DNA from: Paraspadella gotoi
Taxonomy: Eukaryota; Animalia; Chaetognatha
Assembly: GCA_051294375.1 (NCBI GenBank)
Contig: CM119265.1
Location: forward strand, 17,620,081-17,684,080
Length of the DNA stretch: 64,000 nt
Reading direction: 5' to 3'
Shown: positions 54,156 through 64,000 of the stretch, one piece after another
Layout of the letters: each line of letters starts with the position of its first letter
Numbering within the stretch: position 1 is the stretch's first letter
Translations under genes and position numbers: made by a program
Notes under the pieces: model-generated
What the model was told of the DNA's origin: nothing
The model's input: the letters and a program-made list of their open reading frames with translations, nothing else
Database searches by the model: none

Positions 54156-55564
54156 ACTCTCTCTCTCTCTCTCCTTTCGCCCAGAATATCCTTCATAATC
54201 CACGAATCCCCTAATGCGTTTGAACGATAACCGAAAATCCTCTTAACCGACGAAAAATTCCTCGTTATCACCGAAATCGACTTCTTAGGATTTTGCATCG
54301 CTCACAGTTCGTTGTCGGCCAACAGTTTTTCGAAGCTGACTTTTAAATTCGCCCGGAGTTAGCAATTTGAGAATGAAACTGGTAAATAAGGCATATCGTA
54401 AATTGACTCGTGACTATTTTTCGCCGTATTTTTTTATTCTTCTAAGAAGAGGAAAAATAATAAAGGGGAAATATTAAGTTTGATGATTTCTGAGGATGTT
54501 TGAAATTTTAACTTTCAGCCTTTGAAGTTTCGTTAAAATCGCCTGCCCCCCAGACAGCTTAAACAGAAAAGCACATATCCACGAGCGTCTCGTAGTTAAT
54601 AAGCATACAAGTTCCGTTACGAGTCGTCAAGAAAAATGCCGATCGCCGATAAGATTTAAGAAATGCCCCATTGCCCTGTAACAAAACCCTTTCTGAGATG
54701 ATCACATCTGATTGTAACTTTAAATTTACATAGACAATTATTCATTTTAAAAGTTATTTTGGTCATATCAATATAAAATTTATATATATTTTTTAGAACA
54801 ATAAATTTCACAGTAAAGTTAAACTTATACTTTTAGTTTTAGTATTCTCCTTACCGACTCCTCTTCATCGGCAGAATGAGCATCGTTCCAAAAAAATGAG
54901 AAATTGCTGCCATTGCCTTTAGTCCTTAAGTCGAAAGAGGCGATGCTCAGTTGCTCACCCGCAAGGAGATTCCTCGAAATCCCGAGACCGACAGATCGAC
55001 CNNNNNNNNNNNNNNNNNNNNNNNNNNNNNNNNNNNNNNNNNNNNNNNNNNNNNNNNNNNNNNNNNNNNNNNNNNNNNNNNNNNNNNNNNNNNNNNNNNN
55101 NNNNNNNNNNNNNNNNNNNNNNNNNNNNNNNNNNNNNNNNNNNNNNNNNNNNNNNNNNNNNNNNNNNNNNNNNNNNNNNNNNNNNNNNNNNNNNNNNNNN
55201 NNNNNNNNNNNNNNNNNNNNNNNNNNNNNNNNNNNNNNNNNNNNNNNNNNNNNNNNNNNNNNNNNNNNNNNNNCGGCCGGTCCAATCATTCACCGAGTGC
55301 CGGATCCTGCGGCCGACCGGAAGTTGAGAGAGGAAGAGGAGGAGGAGAAGGAGGAGGAAAGGAAAGGGCGCGAAAAAAAGATCCGGTCCCGGGAATCGGG
55401 CCTCGAGCTCTCCACGGGCTCCAGAGAGAGAGAGAGAGAGAGAGAGTGAGAGAGAGAGAGAGAGAGAGAACGAACGAGCGACGGCGTACAAAAGGCGTCT
55501 CTGCCCGCTAATGACGTACGGCTTAGTCCGCCTGACCGCCAAATGACCAGATAAGAAGACGCGA

Positions 55565-55588
55565 TCACGTGACCGAGCGGTCACGTGG
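55565..55588. promoter_or_regulatory. Paired E-boxes in a perfect dyad
   Basis: cacgtgaccg-ag-cggtcacgtg. Confidence 0.4.
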
Positions 55589-55997
55589 ACGCCTGATCCT
55601 TCGCGGGCGCGGGGATGTCCCCTTTGAGCGCCTCTGTGCTCACCCTTTTAGGGACTGTTTTAATCGNNNNNNNNNNNNNNNNNNNNNNNNNNNNNNNNNN
55701 NNNNNNNNNNNNNNNNNNNNNNNNNNNNNNNNNNNNNNNNNNNNNNNNNNNNNNNNNNNNNNNNNNNNNNNNNNNNNNNNNNNNNNNNNNNNNNNNNNNN
55801 NNNNNNNNNNNNNNNNNNNNNNNNNNNNNNNNNNNNNNNNNNNNNNNNNNNNNNNNNNNNNNNNNNNNNNNNNNNNNNNNNNNNNNNNNNNNNNTCTCCG
55901 CGAAGAAGGGAGAATGGGTTAAGTGAAGTGGGAGCGAGACTTTTCTATTGAAAACCTCACGACGGCGGCTGTTTTTAGTTCACTCTTAAATAAATCG

Positions 55998-56134
55998 ATT
56001 ATTGATTAAAAACGTCGAATTTGGGATCAAATGCAGTATATTTTTTTTCTTATTTTATTCTTTTATTATTTGGTTTTCAATTAAAAAAAAATATACTGCA
56101 CTTGATCCCAAATTCGACGTTTTTAATCAATAAT
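55998..56134. repeat. Near-perfect inverted repeat (51-bp arms, ~35-nt AT-rich spacer); MITE-like fold-back or hairpin RNA
   Basis: attattgattaaaaacgtcgaatttgggatcaaatgcagtatatttttttt (55998-56048) vs 56084-56134, one mismatch. The structure is certain; the function is not. Confidence 0.85.
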
Positions 56135-56678
56135 TAAACAGTGCATGCGATGACTCTACAAACTCAAATCGATTATTTTTCGGTGAACTTTCTAAAATTT
56201 CCAAAAAAGAAAAGAACAGCCAAGTGAACTAAATTTCGACTTCAAACGACGACAAGATCTTCAAAAATTACGGACGACGTCAGGAATTGTCAAGAAAAAA
56301 GAAGATTCGCGCCAAAGATCATTTTTCAGCATTCGCGCCATCTTGCAGCCGTCGGCGCCAACGACGAGGAAAACAAATGAACACGGAATTCCCGTCGACC
56401 CGTGGCTCGTCGCCGTCGCCGTCGCCCGTCGAGCCTCGAGGATGACAAATCACCGAGACTTCACTAATTTCAGATTCTCCCTCTTTTTTCCTTTAGTTTC
56501 ACCCAAATTAAAAGTGAACGCCGCCTTTGCCGCCGTCGCCGTAGCTGTCCCCCTCGATTTTTCAACCCCATCTATCGGTAAATTGTTCTTAAACTTTCAT
56601 GTTCGAACGAGATTAAATTAAGAAGAATTTATAAGTTGTGGAGAAAAGACTTGTTTGGAGATTTCTGTATGAAATACA

Positions 56679-56755
56679 GACCTTAAACCACCAAAGCCTT
56701 TCCAAAAGCAAGGTAGCTTATTTATTAAATTACTGGATAATCTTTATATTGGTTG
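56679..56755 (+). mobile_element. Degenerate fragment of the same dispersed repeat
   Basis: ccttaaaccaccaaagcctttccaaa...gcaag.tagcttatttattaaatta...tttatattggtt aligns with 32900-32975 and 57828-57908. Confidence 0.5.
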
Positions 56756-57327
56756 TATATTGGGAACCTTGATTTTACCCTTTCAACCCCCAATCCCCAG
56801 TCCCCCAACTTTGTCAAGCTTGCCTCCAACAACCACCATTCCACCCCGATTTCTCTCGTGGGCGGGAAAAGGGGTCGCGCCTCTTTTATCTCAACTTTAA
56901 GTTTCAGTTTTGTTAATTACTTTCTTTTTCGGTCTTCCTCGAGCAAAGAAGAAGAACCGACCAATCATAGGACGAGAATTCGACGCCTTCGTCTCGAACA
57001 CACCAATAGGAAGACGAGAATTTCTTTTCGAGCTGGAGAGAGACGAGGCACCGCCGCGAGGCACAATTAATGTAGAATGCCGTTCATTTATCATAGAAGA
57101 CAAGTCTTTGGAAGGGTGAGGGNNNNNNNNNNNNNNNNNNNNNNNNNNNNNNNNNNNNNNNNNNNNNNNNNNNNNNNNNNNNNNNNNNNNNNNNNNNNNN
57201 NNNNNNNNNNNNNNNNNNNNNNNNNNNNNNNNNNNNNNNNNNNNNNNNNNNNNNNNNNNNNNNNNNNNNNNNNNNNNNNNNNNNNNNNNNNNNNNNNNNN
57301 NNNNNNNNNNNNNNNNNNNNNNNNNNN

Positions 57328-57792
57328 AGATCATCAGAGTATTTTAACACTTTCGTAACAGTAGCTTCTTGTATTTTGATGTTATTGGGGAGTTCAATAT
57401 AGTATTTCTTGACATAATACCCCAGGGAGTGTTCGTTTTATACGATTGAAATAGTTCTTAAAAATATTAATCATTGATAGGGAAGCCAGGTACTCTGGAT
57501 GTTGATTAACTAGAATGTGAGAGATTGAAAACTTGCAGGGNNNNNNNNNNTTGAATGTTTAATGTTTATAGTAAATTTAAGATCATCAGAGTATTTTAAC
57601 ACTTTCGTAACAGTTGCTTCTTGTATTTTGATGTTATTGGGGAGTTCAATATCGTATTTATTGACATAATACCCCAGGAAGTGGTCGTTTTATACGATTG
57701 AAATAGTTCTTAAAAATATTAATCATTGATAGGGAAGCCAGGTACTCTGGATGTTGATTAACTAGACTGTGAGAGATTGAAAACTTGCAGGG
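57328..57792 (+). repeat. 213-bp direct duplication across a 10-N gap
   Basis: 57328-57540 vs 57580-57792: six substitutions and no indels by eye. Confidence 0.93.
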
Positions 57793-57910
57793 CCCTAAAA
57801 TGTTATTATCTTTAAGATGGATAGAGGCCTTAAACCACCATCGCCTGTCCAAAGTCAAGGGGCAAGAAAGCTTATTTTGTTGAATGAATGATTATATTTA
57901 TATTGGTTAT
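57745..57910 (+). mobile_element. Member of a dispersed repeat family (class unknown)
   Basis: gattgaaa.cttgcaggg...gaggccttaaacca.ca..gcctgtccaaagtca.ggggcaaga is shared with 32845-32980, ~51370-51530 (reverse) and partly 56679-56755. Confidence 0.6.
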
Positions 57911-59220
57911 ACCAATTTCCCCATAGTTTTGAGATTCTACAAATTTTAGATTTAATGCTTCGGCCTGAATTTCCCAGCCACCTGTTGCCTTCTTATCGGC
58001 TATCACATCCCCGCGGGCGATCGAGAGATCACCGCCCATTCACTTCAAGCTTTTCACAACTTCCTCTCTCACGAGTGAACAAAAGANNNNNNNNNNNNNN
58101 NNNNNNNNNNNNNNNNNNNNNNNNNNNNNNNNNNNNNNNNNNNNNNNNNNNNNNNNNNNNNNNNNNNNNNNNNNNNNNNNNNNNNNNNNNNNNNNNNNNN
58201 NNNNNNNNNNNNNNNNNNNNNNNNNNNNNNNNNNNNNNNNNNNNNNNNNNNNNNATCGCCTATCGCCACGCTTCGATCGTTCGGACCGATCGGCTTCGAG
58301 AAATCAGCCGATCGCCGATGTTTCCTCGATCTCAATTCTAAGAAAAGCGATCGACGATTCTTCTCCTTTTCGCTCTTCCGTCGAAGTGAAGCGATCGGGA
58401 GATAAATTCTTTATGGGAATAAGTTTTTTTTTGGTCGACTGTCGAATTAAGGTCAATGATGTTTCTATTAAAAACGATTTGTGCTATTAGATATTTTTCT
58501 GTAATTTTTGTTGCTTTTTTATCGCATAATTTTTTCAATTTTTGTACTGAAGTCTAAAGAGAGTTGTTTAATTTTCATTTAATAACTTCGTAATTTAGGT
58601 GGAATCGCCTGTGGGCAAAATAGACTAGGCGCCTTTTCAGTCGTCGTCGTCGTCGTCGAACAAAGAAAAAAGCGAACTCGGGGTCGGAACCGATCCCGTG
58701 ATTTCCCGATCAGTCTTCGGCCCCGAGGGCGTCGTCGTCATCATCATCGTCGTCGTCATCGTCGTCGTCGGCGTCGCTGTGAGACCAATTAAAGGAAATT
58801 CAGTTGGCGGAATTTGCGCTGGAGGGAAAAAGAGGAAGGAATGAGACGGAGATCGGGTCGACGGTCCGAAGGGGACGAGGATTAAGGCGTGGGGGCGAGA
58901 CTGGCGAGTGGCGGCGAGGGATGTGGATAGGAAGTGAATTCGTGAGACATTGGTAAGGAAGGTGGGGTATTTCAAGTTTCGAAATTCTGGTGCCCAAGAA
59001 AGTTAGACAAAAAAATACATCCTTTAGAATGAGCTAAAGAACAAAAAAAGAAATGATAAGTGATCTAAAAATAATACTTTTAAATTTTAAATTGTTTCGG
59101 TCATTACGAGTGAGAGATCGAAAAAAAGGCAATTCTCGTCAAGCGTCTAGTCATGCCTACTTGTTAGGTAGATTTTGCAGCTTGAGTTAATATCCTCTGC
59201 TCCCACATCACATTCTTCCA

Positions 59221-59267
59221 CTCCTCAACTCCTCAACTCCTCAACTCTTCAACTCCTCAACTCCTCC
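59221..59267 (+). repeat. 8-bp tandem repeat CTCCTCAA
   Basis: ctcctcaa x3, ctcttcaa, ctcctcaa, ctcctcc. Confidence 0.9.
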
Positions 59268-60423
59268 CATCCTCCACCTCCGCCATCGATTCCATCGTCT
59301 CAAAGCCACCAATTATTTCACGACCCTGACTTTCTTCGCCGGGTCAATCCAGCGACGACCTCAAGCACCTACACCGACCGCAACGCCCTCTATAAAGTTC
59401 GCCGCCGACGCCGCTTACGACGCCGACCGAGTTGGCGCCGCCGTTGAAAAGCCGCTTAACGTTTTGACACTTCATGATCTCCTCGTAAGTTACATTGATG
59501 GAATATTGTAAACTTTTAAAATTGTAATACAAGGTGAAACCTTAGACAATTATACAACGAATTATAGTTATAAACTACACTGGCAGAAAAAAAAATTTAA
59601 AAATGTCATGTTGAAAATTGCAGAGAAAAAAATCGGTTATATGGTCAACGGATTGTTTAGATGGTTAAGGCTTATATATTGTAAAGAAGAGGGAAATCAG
59701 CACGGGCCCCCTACCCTTAAACGCCACTTCGAAACCACACTACGATGTGTCTCGTTCCCGAAATCACGGACAAATGGAAAAAGCTTATGCTAAAAACACG
59801 GACAGATACTCTCTTCCTTGTTCAGCGAAGTAAGTTATGACTCAATAAAACGATCGAAAATAACTTACCCTATCACCAACACCCATAAACGACTAGCTGT
59901 CATGCAATTAATTTATTTTTCTCTCTCTCTCTCTCTCTTCTCTTCTCTCTCTCTCTACTCCTCTCTCTCTCTCTCCTCTCTCCTCTCTCTACCTAAAAGA
60001 CGTTAGCCGACCGGAGCGTTGACCGGGAAGCGGCCAGATGGGGATGGGGGGCGCTCTCATTGCCCTTTCGACCCCGAAGCTTTTTGTCGCGCATGGAAGG
60101 AGCAGAAAAGGACAGAAGTTAAAGAGAAAAGTAAATGGAAGGGAGGCTAGAACAGAAGAGCTGAAAGAGACCAGAATGAGAAGACAAATGAGGAAAAGCA
60201 TGAGAGGAAAGAGATGAATGAGGAAGAGCATGAATGACAGGAAGCAGATTGAATAGCAGCCGTCGGGAAAGAGATTCGTCGGTGATTCGTAGTCCGGAAA
60301 ATATATTTTAGAAAAGTTACTTTTTATTTATTGCTGTGATAAAATTTTTAGGTTGTAAAACCTTCCATGATGCTTCAACATTTTACCTTTTAAAATTGTT
60401 CTATATGTTTATCTTCTTTTATT

Positions 60424-61257
60424 GGTGGTCCGTATCACCACCAGATGATAAATTAAAGCTTGCTCGCTTGCTTTCGCAGCGCGCCTCAGGTTGCTCAGTG
60501 GACTAGACTGCACACATCCCAATGTCTGCCGTCCCTGTGTCGAGCCTCTTGCAGGTTGTCATAGTAGAAAGTCGGGATGGCACCGGTGCTAACCCGCCTG
60601 TAGGCATGGGCCTGACTGCGCCCAGATTCCCAAAGCTTCAGGACTTACTTGATGAACATGCTTGTCTTCAGCTGGCGCCGATCCGCAAGGTAGCACACCG
60701 CTGCCGGGTGTGTGCGCCCTGTAAAAACCAGCCTCTTCAATGGTTGAGCCCGACCGCTCGATCCCGTAACACACGCCAACCCGAGGCCATGATAATACTC
60801 CTCTGGCCCTTGATGTGGTTTGAGCATACACAGCTCGCCACTCAAAGCAAGGCCACCCAGAATGAGAGAGGTGTGCAGCGAGAGACATGCGCTTCCATCC
60901 CCCTGGCTTCGTACTCTCATATTGCGAGAGTCACTGTGGTGGCGGCTGTCTGCGTGGTCTCATCACCAACAGATAAAATTAAAGCTGTTGCTTTCGCAGC
61001 GCCCTCGGTAGGCTCAGTGGCTAATGCCCACCATCCCAAATAGTGCGTCCCTGCGTTCGCAGCCCTGAGGTTGTCATGTAGAAATGTGCGGATGGCACCG
61101 GGATAAACCCGCCTCGCGCTGAGGCATGGTCCAACTAGCCAGCATCCAGCCAAAAGCTCTCGGACTACTTATGAACATGCTGTCTCGCTGTCGCCACGAC
61201 TGGCGTGACACGCTGCGGTGTGTGGCGCCTCTGGTAAATGATCCAGCCTCTTCCAAG
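60424..61257. repeat. GC-rich insert made of ~1.6 diverged tandem units of ~520 bp
   Basis: gtggtc..atcacca..agat..aaattaaagct occurs at 60425 and 60954; ggatggcaccgg and ccagcctcttc recur at a ~515-530 bp offset. Confidence 0.88.
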
Positions 61258-61388
61258 TCTCTCTCTATTTATTGTTTAATTTTTATCTCATCTCTCTCTT
61301 TATTTATCTTAGTTTCGCCTCTCTCTCTGGCTTTCCAACCATACTCCATTCTACCTTCTTCTGTTAATCTCTCTCTCTCTCTCTAGTA

Positions 61389-61421
<33 letters not shown>

Positions 61422-62087
61422 ATCTCTCTCTCTCTCTCTCTCTCGTTCCTCTCTCTCTCTCTCATCTCTCCTCCCCTTCCACTTTCCTCCACGAGCTCCA
61501 CCCCACCCTGCCTTAGTTGTTGGCGGCGCAGAAAAGGCCCCTCCGGGTGAAGGTCACCGTAGATTGGACACGACAAAATTCCACCCTACCTTCTCTCTAT
61601 GCCCCCCCCCTCATCCGTAACCCCGGCACCCCCCGTACTGAATCACCCTCACAAAGGTTCACATGAAGTCTGCATGGAATTTTCCTGCAAAGTACAAATT
61701 ATCAGAAACGAAGCGAAAACCGAAATCTGATTGGAATCGATATATCGAGATTTTCTTATGCCTTTTTTTTTCTTTTTTTGCGAGGGCGACGGATCTTNNN
61801 NNNNNNNNNNNNNNNNNNNNNNGAGAGAGAGCGAGAGAGATTACAAGAAGAAGGTAGATGGAGATGGTTGGAAAGCCAGAGAGAGAGCGAAACTAAGATA
61901 AATAAAGAGAGAGAGAGATAAAAATAAACATAAATAGAGAGAGATAAAAATAGAAAACAATTTTAAAGGGTAAAATGTTGAAGCTATGGAAGGTTTACAT
62001 CCTAAAATTTTATCACACAATAAATAAAAAGTAACTTTTCTAAAATATATTCCGACTACGAATCACCGACGAATCTCTTCCCGACGG

Positions 62088-62152
62088 CTCATTCATCTCT
62101 TCCTCATTCATCTCTTCCTCATTCATCTCTTCCTCATTCATCTCTTCCTCTC
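62088..62152 (+). repeat. 15-bp tandem repeat TCTCTTCCTCATTCA, ~4 copies
   Basis: Seen directly; a noisy mirror lies at ~60170-60250. Confidence 0.88.
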
Positions 62153-62425
62153 ATTTTCTCTTTTCTTTTCTTCTCTTTCCTCTTTTCTGTCCTTTTTCTG
62201 TCTCCTTTCCATCGCGACAAAAGCTTCGGGGTCAAAGGGCAAGAGGCGCCCCCTCCCCTCTGGCGCTTCCGGTCAACGCTCGTCGGCTAACGTCTTTTGA
62301 GAGAGAGAGAGAGAGAGAGAGANNNNNNNNNNNNNNNNNNNNNNNNNNNNNNNNNNNNNNNNNNNNNNNNNNNNNNNNNNNNNNNNNNNNNNNNNNNNNN
62401 NNNNNNNNNNNNNNNNNNNNNNNNN

Positions 62426-62458
<33 letters not shown>

Positions 62459-63296
62459 TAAATTATTCATCCTAGTCGTTTATGGTGTTGGTGATAGGGT
62501 AAGTTATTTCGTCGTTTATTGAGCATAACTTACTCGCTGAAAAGGAAGAGAGTATCTGTCCTTTTTTTAGCATAAGCTTTTTCCTTTGTCGTGATTTCGG
62601 GACGAGACAATCGAGATGTGGTTTTCGAAGTGGCGATTTAAGGGTAGGGGGCCCAGGCTGATTTCCCTCTTCTTAAATTATAAAGCCTAACCACTAAACA
62701 TCCGTTGACCATTAACCGATTTTTTTTCTCATTTTCAACAGACATTTTTAATTCCTTTGTGGGCAACGAGGATTGAAATTGGGAGAGCGATCGTCGTCAA
62801 ACGAAAAAGTTAGTAGGAATCTCTGAATATTGCAATAAACACGAAGAGATTGGCGCGTCGGAAGAAAATGTCAAACGAGAACAGAGGATGAGGAGAAAGA
62901 AGAGAATAAAGGGCGCGGTGAAATCCGTGATGGGGTGAAAGGATTCGTAGGTTGAGAAACGTGAGCGCCTAAGACGAAAGAGCCAATGGCAGGAATAGGG
63001 AGAGGGTGGAGAGTCCTCACTGGGGCCGCTGGAGTGAAAGGACCGACGAGCGTCGGATGCAGAAACGAGTTTTTGGGTCTCTGGGGAAAGCGTCGTCGCG
63101 AAGGGCGAACGCGCCAGACGGAAGCGTCAAAAGTGAACGAGATAATCATCGCCGTTTTTGCGATGCTCTTCTTTTTCTCTTCCTCCTCCTCCTCGCCGTT
63201 CGCCTTTCGATTTCGCCACGCCCCTTCTCTATTCTCCGCCCACGCACTCGACAACCTTCCACCCAACGCCCTCCGCCCTGGATCTGGACTCAGTCG

Positions 63297-63310
63297 AGGT
63301 CAAGAGGTCA
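63297..63310 (+). promoter_or_regulatory. Perfect DR2 nuclear-receptor element
   Basis: AGGTCA-AG-AGGTCA; motif match only. Confidence 0.3.
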
Positions 63311-63433
63311 AAAACCGAGGTGAGGTCGGCGTCGTTTTTGTCGTCTTCGTTGACATGGCCGTTGCGGTCGGAGCCGCTCGTGCGCCAGGATCGGCGCCGC
63401 CCCTGCGCCGCGGTCATGCGGCTGCGTCGTCGT

Positions 63434-63492
63434 CGTTGTTGTTGTTGTCGTTGTTGTTGTTGTTGATGTTGTTGTCGTTGTTGTTGTTGTTG
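63434..63492 (+). repeat. (GTT)n microsatellite, imperfect
   Basis: GTT units interspersed with GTC and GAT. Confidence 0.93.
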
Positions 63493-63944
63493 ATTTGGTC
63501 TTCGGAAAAAAAAAAATTCGTTTTCGTCAGAAAAAAAGTGGTATAAATGGTTTTTGAATACGAAGTTACTAGTTAAACAGCAACCAGTGTGAAAGAAGGC
63601 AAACGTTTTAACTGTTTACTGTTGCAGTTGTTCCTTTTTTTGGTCGTTCCAATTTTGCCAAGTGGACGGGTCGGCCTTCTTTCCTCGTTTCGGGTTCGTG
63701 CCAGCTGCGGTTTTCCTTCTCTTTTCTCTCTGATGAATTTCATCCCTTAATTTTCTGTCCGCTAAACTCTCATTTTAATTTTAGAGAAAAATCAACATCG
63801 CGACGACGCGACGACGACGACGGCACGGACGACGACGACGACGGACGACCGACGCACGACGACATATCATAGACTTACGACAACGATGAGGTTTGCCTTT
63901 TTTTCTGTGTGGATTTTATAAATAGATATGAGCCTATGAAAAGG

Positions 63945-63975
<31 letters not shown>

Positions 63976-64000
63976 GTCCTCGTCCTTCTCCTCTCTCTCT

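Larger units (their letters stand above)
59595..62753. repeat. Inverted duplication: 59595-~61390 vs 61823-62753
   Basis: The right arm starts just after the 25-N gap 61798-61822 and is the reverse complement of the left arm minus the 60424-61257 insert. Confidence 0.92.

Overview
Draft-assembly DNA from a eukaryote, most likely an invertebrate animal (AT-rich, CpG not visibly depleted, dense (GA)n/(CT)n, (GAC)n and (AAAT)n microsatellites, animal-type promoter motifs and GT-AG splice signals). I recognise no protein-coding gene, rRNA, tRNA or CRISPR array; the ORF track is mostly microsatellite translation, ORFs running through N-gaps, and short chance frames. There are 18 N-gaps (about 2.6 kb). 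The dominant structure is large-scale self-duplication: a ~5.5 kb tandem triplication (2843-18455), a ~10.5 kb fold-back (21845-32410), a ~18.6 kb fold-back (32845-51500), and smaller inverted duplications (45027-45600, 59595-62753). All five gaps of exactly 25 N lie in or beside these duplications, the copies differ mostly by single-base indels, and one arm interleaves two templates. Most of this architecture is therefore best read as a long-read gap-filling artefact, with roughly 25 kb redundant. Candidates for real biology: a near-perfect 51-bp hairpin (55998-56134), a GC-rich ~830 bp insert of ~1.6 tandem units missing from its sister copy (60424-61257), a dispersed repeat family, helically phased E-box, ETS and CCAAT clusters, and a few low-confidence exons. 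I found no convincing novel biological system.
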